Below, one piece after another: positions 31,990-46,299 of a stretch of DNA of 64,000 nt. Source of the DNA: the human T2T-CHM13v2.0 reference genome, Homo sapiens. A model generated the notes under the pieces. The model made no database searches. It was not told the DNA's origin and saw nothing but the letters and a program-made list of their open reading frames with translations. The stretch is taken from NCBI RefSeq assembly GCF_009914755.1, contig NC_060942.1; one strand, 5' to 3'. Every line of letters starts with the position of its first letter. Position 1 is the first letter of the stretch. The position numbers were made by a program, and so were the translations under genes.

Positions 31990-34900
31990 ATGACAGGATC
32001 AAATTCACACAACTATATTCACCTTATATGTAAATGCGCTAAATCCCCCAATTGAAAGATACAGACTGGCAGATTCGATAGAGTCAAGACTCATTGGTGA
32101 GCTGTATTCAGGAGATGCATCTCACGTGCAAAGGCACACATTGGCTCAAAATAGACAAAGGAAAATTCACCAAGCAAATGGAAAGAAAAAAAAAAGCAGG
32201 GGTTACAATGCTAGTCATTGACAAAACCGACTTTAAACCAGCAAAGATCCAAAAGACAAAGAAGGGCATTACATAATTGTAAAGGGATCGATTCAGCAAG
32301 AAGAGCAAGCTAACTGTCCTAAATATATATACACCCAATACAAGAGTATCCAGATTCATAAAACAAGTTCTTAGACACCTACAAAGAGACTTAGACTCCC
32401 ACACAATAATAGTGGGAGACTTTAAGACCCCACTGTCAATATTAGACAGATAAGTAAGACGGAAAATTAACAAGGATATTCAGGACTTGAGCTCATCTCT
32501 GGATCAAGTGGACCTAATAGACATCTACAGAACTCTCCACCCCAAATCAACAGAATATACGTTCTTCTCAGTGCCATATGGCACTTATTCTAAAATTGAC
32601 CACATAATTGGAAGTAAAACACTCCTCAGCAAATGCAAAAAAAAACTGAAATCATAACAAACAATCTCTCAGACCACAGTGCGATCAAATTAGAACTCAG
32701 GATTAAGAAACTCACCCAAAACCACACAACTGCATGGAAATTGAACAACCTGCTCCTGAATGGCTCCTGGGTAAATAATGAAATTAAGGCAGAAATCAAG
32801 AAGTTCTTTGAAACCAATGAGAACAAAGAGACAATGAACCAGAGTCTCTGGGACACAGCTAAAGCAGTGTTAAGAGGGAAATTTATAGCACTAAATGCCC
32901 ACATCAGAAAGCTAGAAAGATCTCAAATTGACACCCTAACATCACAATTAAAAGAGCTAGAGAAGCAAGAGCAAACAAATCCAAAAGCTAGCAGAAGACA
33001 AGAAGTAACTAAGATCAGAGCAAAACTGAAGGAGATAGAGACATGAAAAACCCTTCAAAAAATCAATGAATCCAGGAGCTGTTTTTTTTAAAAAAAATTA
33101 ACAAAACATACCATTAGCTAGACTAATAAAGAAGAAAAGGGAGAAGAATCAAATAGACAAAATAAAAGATGAAAAAGGGGATGTCACCCCTTACCCCACA
33201 GAAATACAAACTGCCCTCAGAGAATACTATAAACACATCTATGCAAATAAACTAGAAAGTCTAAAAAAAATGGATAAACTCCTAGACACATACACCTTCC
33301 CAAGACTAAACTAGGAAGAGGTCAAATCCTTGAATAGACCAATAACAAGTTCTGAAACTGAGGCAGTAATTAATAGCCTACCAACCAAAAAAAGCCCAGG
33401 ACCAGACGGATTCACAGCCAAATTCTACCAGAGATACCAAGAGGAGCTGGTACCATTCCTTCTGAAACTATTCCAAACAATTGAAAAGGAGGGACTCATC
33501 CCTAACTCAATTTATAAGGCCAGCATCATCCTGATACCAAAACCTGGCAGAGACACAACAACAACAAATTTCAGGCTAATATCCCAGATGAACATCAATG
33601 GGAAAATCTTCAATAAAATACTGGCAAACCGAATCCAGCAGCACATCAAAAAGTTTATCCACACGATCAAGTCGGCTTCATCCGTAGGATGCAAGCCTAG
33701 TTCAAAATATGGAAATCAATAAAAGTAACCCATCACATAAACAGAACCCATAACAAAAACCACACAATCACCTCAATATATGCAGAAAAGGCCTTCGATA
33801 AAACTCAACATCTCTTCATGTTAAAAACTCTCAATAAACTAGGTGTTGATGGAACATATCTCAAAATAATAAGAACTATTTATGACAAATCCATAGCAAA
33901 TATCACACTGAATGGGCAAAATCTGGAAGCATTCCCTTTGAAAACCAGCACAAGACAAGGATGCCCTCTCTCACTCTTATTCAACATAGCATTGGAAGTT
34001 TTGGCCAGGGCAATCAGGCAAGAGAAAGAAATAAAGGATATTCAAATAGGAAGGGAGGAAGTCAAATTGTCTCTGTTTGCAGATGATATGGTTCTATATT
34101 TAGAAAGCCCCATCACCTCAGCCCAAACTTCTTAAGCTGATGAGCAACTTCAGCAAAGTATCAGGATACAAATTCAATGTGCAAAAATCACAAACATTCC
34201 TATACACCAACAATAGAGAAGCAGAGAGCCAAATCATGAATGAACTCCTATTCACAATTGCTACAAAGAGAATAAAATACCTAGGAATACAGCTAACAAG
34301 GGCTGTGAAGGACCTCTTCGAGGAGAACTACAAACCATTGTTCAAGGAAATAAGAGATGACAGAAACAATGAAAAAAAAATCCATTCTTATGGAATAGGA
34401 ATAATCAATATTGTGAAAATGACCATACTGACCAAAGTAATTTATAGATTAAATGCTATTCCCATCAAACTACCATCGACATTCTTCACAGAATTAGAAA
34501 AAACTACTTTAAATTTCATATCGAACCAAAGAAGAGCCCAATATAGCTGAGACAATCCTAAGCAGAAAGAACAAAGCTGGAGGCATCACACTACCTGACT
34601 TCAAACTATACTACAAGGCTACAGTAACCAAAACAGCATGGCAATTGTACCAAACAGACATCTAGACCAATGGAACAGAACAGATTCCTCAGAAATAACA
34701 CCACACATCTACAACCATCTTCGACAAAACCTGACAAAAACAATCAATGGGAGAAAGGATTCCCTATTTAATAAATGGTGCTGGGAAAGCTGGCTAGCCA
34801 TATGCAGAAAACTGAAACTGAACCCTTTTCTTATGCCTTATACAAAAATTAACTCGAGATGGATCAAAGTCCTAAATGTAAAACTCCAAACCATAAAAAC

Positions 34901-35797
34901 CCTAGAAGAAATCAAAGTCAATACCATTCAGGACATAGGCATGGGCAAAGACTTCATGACAAAAACACCAAAAGCAATTGCAACAAAAGCCAAAATTGAC
35001 AAATGGGATCTAATTGAACTAAAGAGCTTCAGCACAGCAAAAGAAATTATCATCTAAGTGAACAGGTTACCTACAGAATGGGAGAAAATTTTAGCAATCT
35101 ATCCATCTGACAAAGATCTAATATCCACAATCTACAAGGAACTTAAACAAATTTACAAGAAAAAAAAAAACCCCATCCAAAAGTGGGCAAAGATATGAAC
35201 AGACACTTCTCAAAAGAAGACATTTATACAGCCAACAAACATATGGAAAAAAGCTCAATATCACTGATTATAAGAGAAATGGAAATCACAACCACAATGA
35301 GATACCATCTCATGCCAGTCAGAATGGCAATTATTAAAAAGTCAAGAAACAATAGATGCTTGTGAGGCTGTGGAAAAACAGGAACACTTTTACACTGTTG
35401 GTGGGAATCTAAATTAGTTCAACCATTGTGGAAGACAGTGTGGCAATTACTCAAGGACCTAGAACCAGAAATACCATTTGACCCATCAATCCCATTACTG
35501 GGTATATAGCCAAAGGAATGTAAATCATTCTACTATAAAGACACATGCACAGGTATGTTTATTGCAGCACTATTTACAATAGCAAAGACATGGAACCAAC
35601 CCAAATGTCCATCAATGATAGACTGGATAAAGAAAATGTGGTACATATATACCATGGAATACTATGCAGCCATAAAAAGGAATGAGATCATGTCCTTTGC
35701 AGGGACATGGATGAAGCTGGAAGCCATCATTCTCAGCAAACTAACACAGGAACAGAAAACCAAACACCACATATTCTCACTCACAACTGGCAGTTGA
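31990..35797 (+). pseudogene. L1 ORF2p remnant (endonuclease, RT, C-terminal domain), multiply frameshifted
   Basis: atgacaggatcaaattcacac start. Fragments [38 protein letters not shown] and MFIAALFTIAKTWNQPKCP...TGS*. Confidence 0.95.
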
Positions 35798-36082
35798 ACA
35801 ATGAGAACACATAGACACAGGGAGGGGACAACACACACTGGGGCCAATCAGGGGGTTGGGGATGATGGGAGGGAGAGCATTAGGACAAACAGTTAAGCAT
35901 GCGGGTCTTAAAACGTAGATGATGGGCTGATAGGTACAGCAAACCACCAAGGCACACATGTACCTATGTAACAAAGCTGCATGTTCTGTACTTGTATTCT
36001 GGAACTCAAAGTAAAATTAAAAGAAAAATTTAAAAAACCATAAAAAACAAAAAAAAATTAAAGAAAAGAAAAATTGAAGACT

Positions 36083-37826
36083 TAAGTAATTGGAAATGTA
36101 TTAATTTAAATAAAGTTTAAAATAAATTTATTATTTATATAATATATAATAATTTATTTTAAAATAACATATTTGTATATTTAAATAATTTTTAATATAC
36201 ATTTTAAAAATTAATTGGCAGGGTAATACATGCCTGTACTCCTAGCTACTGTTGAGGATGAGGTGGGAGGATTCCTTGAGCCCAGAGTTCAAGGCTACAG
36301 TGAGCTATGATCAAATCGCACCACTGTACTGGAGCCTCAGCAGCAGAGACCCTTAAAAAAGAAGTTGGAGTACAAAAACTCCCTGATTTCAAGTCTTCTT
36401 ACAGTGCACACTTCCTACAGTGCTAATCCGACGATGGTGGTATTATACAATAATTAAGACAGTGTAGTATTGCCACAAATATAGACAAATAGATTAATTA
36501 AACAAAATAGGGAGTCCAGAAAAATGATCCACACACATATATACATCCCTATTTTTCCACAAAGTTGTAAAGGTAATTAAATGGAGAAAGGCTAACTTTT
36601 CACAAGTGTTGTTAGAATACCCAGAAATTCTATGTAAAAAAACAAAAACTTGAATTCATACCTCAACCATATACAAAAATTAATTCAAAGTAAACGACAA
36701 AACTAAATATATAATCTACAGCTATAAAACTTTTAGAAGAAAACAGGATACAATTGCGTAACCTTGGTTTAGACGACAGTAGTTTGCGTATAAGAGCATA
36801 AGGTAAAAAAATAATTGAACTGGACTTTATCTAAATTACTTTTTTTTTATTGTTCTTTGATATTCACTGTTAAGATAATGAAAACATTAGCCAAAGTCTG
36901 GGGAAAAAATATTTGCAAAGCATATATATTATAAAATACTTGTATAAGTAATAAATAAAGAACTCTCAAAACTCAATAAGAAAATAAAACACCTAACACA
37001 AAATGTGCAAAAGATTTTACCAAGGAAGATATACACATTGAAAGTAAGCCATGATAAGAAGTTCAACATGATTAGTCATTAGGGAAATACAAATTAAAAT
37101 CGCAATGATCTACAACTCTTCACCAGTAAAATGGCTAAAATTAAGAAGCCTGACGATACCAATGACAGGCAAGTATGTGGAACAACTGGAACTCTTTTAC
37201 TCTGTTGGAGGGAATATGAAATGATGCAATCGTACTGGAAAACTGTTCAGCGGTTTTGTTAAAAAGTTATACATGCATAAGCTATATGATACTGCCATTC
37301 CACGTCTATGTATTTGCCCCGAAATGAAGGCATACATCCATTCAAATACTTTCACACAAATGTTCATTGTAGGTTATTTTAATAACCAAAATCTGGAAAC
37401 AATCCAAATGTCCATCAACAGGTGAATGGATAAACAAATTGTGAAATACTACTCAGCAATATTAAGGAATGCATTATTTATATACTTCAATGCCATGAAT
37501 GGATCTCAGAATGGTTACTATGATCAAAAGAAGCCAGATGAAAAAGAGTACCTACTGTATGACTCCATTTACTTAAAACTGAAAAATGTCAATTAATTTA
37601 TAGTGACAGAAAGCAGACCAGTGGTTGCTTTAAAGCAGAAGGGGAAGGCAGGGATGAATTACAAAGTGGTTCAGGAAAACTTTTAGGGGTAATAGATATA
37701 TTCATTATCTTGATCATGGTGATAATTTCATGGTGTGTACATGTCAAAGCTTATGAAATTTAGTAAATTCTACATGATGTGAATTTTACTGCACGTCAAT
37801 TATTTCTCTATATAGCTTTTCAAAAA
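36083..37826 (+). mobile_element. L1ME-like ORF2 C-terminus and 3' UTR (right part)
   Basis: ctggaaacaatccaaatgtccatcaacaggtgaatggataaacaaattgtg and gtgacagaaagcagaccagtggttgc. Confidence 0.85.
36210..36360 (+). mobile_element. FRAM / AluJ right monomer
   Basis: catgcctgtactcctagctact...gaggtgggaggattccttgagcccagagttcaaggctacagtgagctatgatc. Confidence 0.85.
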
Positions 37827-38348
37827 GTTAGCAAGAATGTAGATGATTTGATGAAGTACATTAAAAATCTGACTTAATTATCATGTGAGATGAAGCATTC
37901 ATCAAATTAAAAATATAGATTTATTTAAAATATACCTGGACCAGGTATTACAATGTAACTGGCACAAATGGCACACAAGAAATCTCAAAGATCAACAAAA
38001 TTTAATATCAGACCAAACTCTCTGGCCACAAAATAACTTTGGAAATGCTTAATAGAAAGACAAAGAAAATTTAAACTCTTCTTTATACTTTTGTTGAAAA
38101 TCTAAAGATTTCATACCGACTGTGTGCCAGGCATTATTAATTAACTGTCTATAAGTGTTCTCTATTACGTTAAGGTGTCTACTATAAACTTCCAAAATAC
38201 TTATTATTAACACGGTAAATATTTTTGAAACCAATCCTTGTTTTTTGCCTTTTCATCTTATCTCTCAACCATATAATAAATGTCACTACTATCACTTACC
38301 AAATCTTTCCTTCCTCAACTAAGAAGAAAACTGAGATATAAGTGGAGA

Positions 38349-38658
38349 TTTTTGTTTATTTGTTTGTTTTTGAGACAGAGTCTCACTCTGTCACGCAGGC
38401 TGGAGGGCAGTGGGGCGTTCTCGGCTCCCTGCAACCTCTGCCTCCTGGATTCAAGCAATTCTTGTGCCTCAGCCCCCCGAGTAGCTAGGATTACAGGGTG
38501 CACCACCAAACCCAGCTAATTTCTGTATTTTATTATTTTAGTAGAGACAGGGTTTTATCATGTTGCCCAGGTTGGTCTTGAACTCCTGGCCTCAAGTGAT
38601 CCACCCACCTCAGCCTCCCAAAGTGCTGAGATTACAGGTATTAACCACTGTGCCCACC
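38349..38658 (-). mobile_element. AluJb/Sz-like
   Basis: Full antisense Alu with tgttgcccagg...ctcctggcctcaagtgatcc, flanked by agtggag(a)tttt. Confidence 0.93.
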
Positions 38659-39109
38659 TTCCAGTGGAGTTTTCAAAGTCTAGTTTCTGAATCACATTGA
38701 ATTAAAATTATTTGTAAGATTGTAACGATATAGGTGATTATTCATTATTGTTTTTTTTCTTTTACTTCTTATCACAAAACAAAATGTTCTTAGTTGTTCC
38801 GAAAGTATTTTATTATTATTATCATAAAGAGTGTTAGAAGAGGATTTATAAAAAAAATTCACAAAGATATTTTGTATTACATAAATCTCCCTACACATAT
38901 CTAAGCTATTGTTGAGTTCCCATGGACTTTTGTATACTTACATGTCAGCAACTCAGTTCTAGCATTTATTTTAAAAAAACCCAAACTAAAAGGTATTATA
39001 TTATATCAAAATACTGAAAAAACATCAGAATTTGTTATTTGTAACACTGACAAAGTATGCAACAGCAGATGCTGTTGTAATGCAGGAGAAGCTTCTGTAA
39101 TGCAGGAGA

Positions 39110-39425
39110 GCAAAGACTCAGCCCATGGTTAATAGAGAGTTGATGCAGTTATGGGAGTACATGAGAAGGGCACAACTAGAGTACTTACTGTGACCAACGC
39201 TAAAGGGCTGGATAAAAGCAGAGGTGACTGAGAAGGAACAAATAAGAAATGTGTACCAAGAGAGTCTAAGAATGAGAGACAGTGGTGCCACGGAAGCCAA
39301 TATGGGAGAGTACATTGGGATAGTGAACAGTGCCACTCTCCATGTTCAGAGTGGTCATGGGGGTCAAGGAAACACCAGATGTCCCCAGATTCCATCTAGA
39401 ACAGAGAGATATCCATTTTGACCTG
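39110..39425 (-). mobile_element. L2 internal fragment
   Basis: gactgagaaggaaca...gagacagtggtgccacggaagccaa resembles antisense L2. Confidence 0.55.
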
Positions 39426-40436
39426 TAGGGTCAAGCCATCTAGATTCAGAAAAATCAGTGAAATTTTCTTTTTTATGCTAATTTGTAGATCTATTTATAT
39501 GAACAAAATGGGCTTGATAAAAAAGACAACACATGAATACCATACAAGAAACTGAGTACATCACTCTGAAGAAATGCTGAGTGCAAACACAGACTTGGCT
39601 TCAAATTTCAGATTTTGAGAATTCAATGGTTCTTCTAAAAGCGTGGGAGAGATGTGTTTGCAATGCAAAATGAAGTTGGCAACTCTATGCAATAAACATT
39701 TGTTGGTACCTATTCTGTGTAGGAAACTATTTTAGAAACTGTGACTGTAGAAAATAGAAAGACTATTTTAATTTACATCTAGGAACTTAGAATCATGGAT
39801 TTCTATATGATAAAAATTGATATGTAACATGAATAATTACTGTATTTGAGGCAAGTACAAAGTACTATGTTTGTTCATATGTATACATAAATATGTATAT
39901 CTTAAGCATGCAGATAAAATGAATATACAATTATTCACACTTTTAGAGACATATGCAGATAATTTTTTCTCCAAAGTGTTTGGTCCAACATAGATATATA
40001 AATAGTCTATATTTTTATATGCTTGTAGAAACATATAATTTGAGAAGGTAAAAATATGTAATTTGTGTATAAGTCATCACAGAGATTAATTAATCTTCCC
40101 AGGGTTGACACTGGGAAATCTCACATAACAGATGTGATATTTGAAAATGTATAGAAGTGTGTGGTATAAAGAAAGATTTGAGGTAAAAGAGAAGAAGAGA
40201 AAGTCCATATGAAATACTGGCAATTTTGTCCCACTTCAAGTTTGAGAATTCATGGAATATTGAATGTATTCCTTTTGAAATCATGTATAAATAATACAGA
40301 GGATCATTTCTCCTTGAATCACCCTTCACCCAGTCTGCTAATCTTTGAAAGCAATTTTTTAAAAAATGCCAGGGGAGTATGTTATTTTTGTAAGATAATT
40401 CTACGATAATTTTTGTAAGACAATGTTATTTTTGTG

Positions 40437-40628
40437 AGGAAGGGGAACATCACACTCTGGGGACTGTTGTGGGGTGGGGAGGGGGGAGGGATAGCATTAG
40501 GAGATATACCTAATGCTAAATAACGAGTTAATGGGTGCAGCACACCAGCATGGCACATGTATACATATGTAACTAACCTGCACATTGTGCACATGTACCC
40601 TAAAACTTAAAGTATAATAATAATAAAA
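40437..40628 (+). mobile_element. L1PA3-like 3' terminal fragment (about 190 bp)
   Basis: cacactctggggactgttgtgggg...gcattaggagatatacctaatgctaaa...actaacctgcacattgtgc, plus tail. Confidence 0.93.
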
Positions 40629-40863
40629 AAGATAATTTCTAAGATAATTAATTAGCTTAGATTATTTTATTGAGAGATATAGTCAATTAGAGAAAGTAAT
40701 ATTTAGCATTGGTTTAAATACATTTATTTTGTTGATTTAGCTTAACTTTGCACATGTTTAAATTTTATAAATGTATAATACTATATATTATACATATCAA
40801 TATATGTGTATATATGTGTATGGGTATATGCATGTATTTGTGTATACGTACTTATATGTATAA

Positions 40864-40870
40864 GTATGTG

Positions 40871-40921
<51 letters not shown>
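40864..40921. repeat. (GTATAT)n hexanucleotide microsatellite
   Basis: Direct reading of the tandem array. Confidence 0.9.
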
Positions 40922-41321
40922 AACCAAACTGAGAAGATTATTCTGGTAACTTGTAGGATGATATAGATTCAGACGCCGAGTGTAATGGTGTTTAAAATCG
41001 CATTAAAATAAATACGGAATTGTTGTATGGTCAGTCTGAATGTTATTCAGAAAATGGAATGTTGAATCCGTGTATGAAGATGAAGCAGCTTCCTACGCAT
41101 TGGCAACCAATCTGTTCTGAATAAGTAGGACAAAGTAATAAATGTGTATGTTTTAGAGACGAATGTGTTCCCCTTTTGTTTTTACTTTTTTTTTTTTACC
41201 CCCTTGGAAATCTGAAAATGTAAACAACATGAACAGACACGAATGAAAATCTCTCCCAGATATATCTCAGACTGATATAGAATTGAGTTATATTCCATAG
41301 CACACAAATATAAATTGCTCT

Positions 41322-41687
<366 letters not shown>

Positions 41688-41756
41688 TCATCTTTTCTTG
41701 CTACCTTTCCTTTTTTGAGAAGGAGTTCCTTAACCTGGATATCTTTCCTTCAAAAT

Positions 41757-41860
41757 TTAATTCATTCAAAGAATATTCACTGACCACCTGCTATGTGTAA
41801 GAAACAGTGTGCTAGATTTTGCCAATTCTAAAAGAAGACAGTGACTACCTTGGCATGAAC
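41757..41860 (-). mobile_element. L2 3' tail
   Basis: ttcattcaaagaatattcactgaccacctgctatgtg. Confidence 0.6.
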
Positions 41861-42216
41861 TTAGTTTCGCTAAACCAAGAAAAATAGCTAGCACTGCAAC
41901 TTATATCTGATATAAAAGTAAACTCAAAAGTATAAGTTTATTGTTTTTTACTAGTCTAAGACAAAATTTCAAAAAAACTTCATTTTTCATGAAAAAGAGA
42001 CAAGTTTCAATTTTACAATGGCTGCAACATGCTAAAAAATTATTTTAAAAAATAAAGAGGGAGTCAAGAAGGTAGAGGGGGAGAGGCAAAGGGGAAGAAA
42101 GGAAAGAAGAGGTAATATGTGGAGTCTGATGCCAGGAGACCGGTAAGAAGTTGGTCTGGTTATCTTAATGAAGAGCACAGTCTTTGGAGCATATTTGTAT
42201 ATCTGAATAAAGTCAG

Positions 42217-42255
42217 GTCACTTGAGCCCAGGAGGTCAAGGCTGCAGTGAGCTGT
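42217..42255 (+). mobile_element. Isolated AluJ right-arm internal fragment
   Basis: tcacttgagcccaggaggtcaaggctgcagtgagctgt, with no head, tail or TSD. Confidence 0.8.
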
Positions 42256-42289
42256 TACCGTGATGCAGAGGAGGGATGGTCAGAAACTA

Positions 42290-42600
<311 letters not shown>

Positions 42601-42890
42601 AAAACCTCCTTGGTTATCAACAGTATTTACCAGATGAGAAGGAAAAGGGGAATTTAAGGCGAAGAAATCTTAAACCTTTTGGACTAATTCTGAGTTAGAA
42701 TGAATAGAGAACAGGAAAAACAACAAAATCTTCATTAACCAGATAATTATATATTCTTTATGTAAGGTCCTGTAATACAACAGGCAAAGACCGGTTTCAA
42801 TGTATTTTCATCATCTGACAAGTTTTAGAGATTTCTATGGATGCTGGTTCTTGTTGCCTGTATAATCCTATGAAAGGCCATAGCTATTTT

Positions 42891-42910
42891 TTTTTTTTTT
42901 TTGGCCAACA
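42891..42910 (-). mobile_element. Minimal poly(A) retro-insertion
   Basis: T12 plus ggccaaca between 19-bp direct repeats (42872-42890 and 42911-42929, 1 mismatch). Confidence 0.7.
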
Positions 42911-43436
42911 GAAAGTCCATAGCTATTTTCCCATATGAGTCAAACTATGTATTCTGCTCACTTTTAGGCTGAGTTGATGTTTGTCAAAAATTTTAGAGAA
43001 AAAGAAAACAAACATTGTTAAGCCCATTATCAAAAAAATTGGTCAAAGGTTTGCTAAGCAACTGTTCTGGAAACAACAACAAAATAAACTTATTTCAACA
43101 GTTTGAAATGTTAAGTATTTATTACATTTGGGAAAGCATGCAATGATTTCAGAAGGAAGGGGCATACGAATAGAAGCTGATTCCTTTTAATAGAAATAAA
43201 AAGTGGTTTTAGAGGAAGAAGAAGCTCTGAAGTTTTCACATTGCTAAAAAAATCTCACCAGGACAGCATTTATATCTCCATACTACATGAATTTGTTTTA
43301 CGTAATTTCACAGTCCATCTAAAATAAGGGTCAAATTCAAGAGACATTTATGTAATGCTGGAATGGAAGACACCAAAAAATGCATAGGGCAAATATTTAT
43401 ACATTCTGTTCAGCTGGCTAAAACTGTGATCTAGAT

Positions 43437-44877
43437 CAGCAGGTCTTTAAGTGGAGTCCGTGAATCCCTGGAAGTACCCAAGACTTTTTTCAGGCTAAGT
43501 GCAGAGTCAAACTATTTTCATTAAAAAATTAAGGTAATGTTTGCCTTTTTTATTGTGCTGACAATTGCACCAATGGTATAAATGAAACAGTGAGTATAAC
43601 TGACAATGTCTTAATATGTGTAACAAGGCAATGGCACCAAACTATAGTAGTCATTGCATTACTCATTGCCACATAAGCTCAGGTGAAAAAAAAGATACTT
43701 TACCTAAGAATGTCCTTAAAGAAGTAGTGAAAATTATTAATTTCATTAAGTTCCATCTTGAGTGTATGTTGACTGTTCTGTGTGTGAAAATAAGTGGTAT
43801 GCACAAAGCACTTCTGCTGCATACCAACCACAGTGGTGGTCTCAAGGAAAACACGCGTGCTATTGAGTTGCAAGCTGAACTAGCCACTTTTTTTTTAAAT
43901 GGAATGTCATTTTTGAAAGCTGTTGAAAGACATGTAAAAAACAATGGTTATTAAGACATGAGTATTGAGTAGACATTGTCTCATAAAATTAACTGTGTGA
44001 ACTTGTCACTTCAAATAAAGCAATGGACAGTAGTTTTTGCCATTGATCAAATGTGAGGTTTCAAGCAAAAATTAAAATTGTGGAAAACTTATATCTGCCA
44101 CCATGCACAGAACTGCTTCCTAATAGCTAATGACTTTTCTGATAGGATCAATGATAACATTAATGAATAAATTTATCAATATTTGGAAGATCTGCGAAGC
44201 TCAGGAAACCAATATTTTTCAAATGACTAATGCATAATATCACAAAATTAGGCAAAAGATTAATTCAAGATGCAAAATATATCTGTGAATTTAATGAAAC
44301 AGTGTGTAAACTTTATTGGTATGATTTCATATTTCACATTGCACCCAACCTTGATATGTAACTTGTCGAGTTTTGGTATAGTATTAAAAAATATATAGTT
44401 ATACCTACAACTGTCCAAAATGGCTATTAATATACCCCTCCATTTTCTAACTCATATTTATTAATCCTCACACTTCTTTGAGTAAGGGTTGCTTTGTCCA
44501 TATACCTCAATAAAGAAACATATGCTGCAGCTCAGTGGCAGAAGCAGATCTGAGATTCCAGGCATCTTTTGTAAGTCAGACAGTAAAGAGATTTTTAAAA
44601 CGTAAAATAATGCTATTCTTATCACTACATTTTTCTTGTTATGCGAAATATAGTTATTTTTTCATGCAAAACAAGCTATTTATGTTATATGTAATGGGAT
44701 TATTATTTATTTGTGAATGAATAAATACATAAATAAATATTTTAAACATCCAGTTTTGATTTTCATACAATAAATATTCATAGATGTAATACCCACATAA
44801 TCAGACATTCTTTGGGGGTCCTCAATATTTTTTTAGTATAAAAGATATCCAGAGACCAACATTTTAAAGAACCTCTA
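43437..44877 (+). mobile_element. Charlie1a (hAT DNA transposon), near full length
   Basis: Termini cagcaggtctttaagtggagtcc... and ...gagaccaacattttaaagaacctcta, preceded by an NTCTAGAN target (atctagat). ORF 43616-43954 (HCITHCH...VLKEVVKIINFIK...LLLHT) is a Buster/Charlie transposase remnant. Confidence 0.9.
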
Positions 44878-44909
44878 CTCTAAGTCAGTTAAAACATTTT
44901 GGTGGAAAG

Positions 44910-45157
44910 GATGTTTAGTGAAAAAGGAAGCACAGGCCTCAGAATCAGACAAACCTGGAGGTAAATGCAAACTCCAGCATTTAATTATGTGTGTTCTTGG
45001 CAGCTTAACTTTTCAGAACATTAGTTTCTAAGCAGTAAAGTGAGTTTGAAAATATTTCCATGATACAGTTTTTATAAGAATTACAAGTAACCTAAATAAT
45101 GTACCTAGTGCCGAAACTGCTACATCACAGACCTTCATTCAATATTGGCTATTGTTT
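44910..45157 (+). mobile_element. MIR (near full length)
   Basis: gcacaggcctcagaatcagacaaacctgg...ttatgtgtgttcttgg...tcaatattggctattgtt. Confidence 0.8.
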
Positions 45158-46299
45158 ATATATATAAAATATAAACTATATATAGTATATATATTCATAT
45201 AATATATATAATATCTCAGGATAAATATAGAAATAGATATGGCTACAAAGTACTCAAAAACAAGATTGTAAACTACTTTTTATTTTTATTTATTTAAATT
45301 ATAATCTTGTCAACATGATTGGGAATAAAGAGATTTTCACAATAAGACACTGACAAAAATAGAATAAGTATGTAAGTGAAGAAGTGCTTTGAAGTCAAGT
45401 GTATTAATTACATTTAGGAATTTAGGGGTGCAGATTACAAATAATTTACTATGATTGCTACCAATCTAGCAGCTATATATTTTTAGGTTGTTCTGGTGCA
45501 GGAACATACATGGATGAAGTATCAAATCAATTGAAATATATATTCAAAATCATGTTAGACTGGGGAGAATGGTGCTTTGAAGCTCTCAAATGTGAACAGT
45601 TTTTGCCCCACAACCAAGGACTTTCAAAGATATGAAGAGCAAAAAAAGAATTAAATATGACTGAAAAATAAAAGGAGCTAGAGGCATCATTTTCTTTTGC
45701 ATATCTGCTCCTAACTATGCACTCCCTCTTTTAGTTCTTGGGAAAAGCCTCTCCATCTTCCTACTTCAGAACCATTACACTGCATACTCAGTCATCTCAA
45801 GAATTCTGTTATGATCCATAGAATCAACTTCATCCAGTGCTGTCTCTTCTCCATTGTTTCAAAAGCAAAGTTATGGTCACAATGTCACCTTGCTTAATAC
45901 CCTGTCACCTCCACCCAGGACTGAAGTCCCCTGCACTCTCTTGCACTTGCCTCATGAACCCATCTCCCGTCATGCCCTTTCCAGCCCACTCTCCACTCAA
46001 ACAGAAGTGCTCAATAGGCCTTCAAAGGCTGTGCCCTCTCCTTCTGCAGCTTGGCATATACTGTCTATTGTGTTTGAATGGCTTTCTTCCACCCCCCAAT
46101 TCTGTAATATGAAGCTCAAATACCACATCTTCTTAAATTATCTTCTGTTATATCCATATTTTGCCATAAATCAAACATAATCTTGCTGTTCTCTCATCTC
46201 CCATTATAGTACATATGAATGATTTTATGGCACACATCTCTTTCTACTATTTGATTATTATTTGCAACATTGATTCATCTCCTAATCTATAGTGTCCCG

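Noticed and set aside
32094-35797. Cluster of 60-139 aa plus-strand ORFs as separate genes
   Set aside because: They are consecutive frameshifted pieces of one L1 ORF2.
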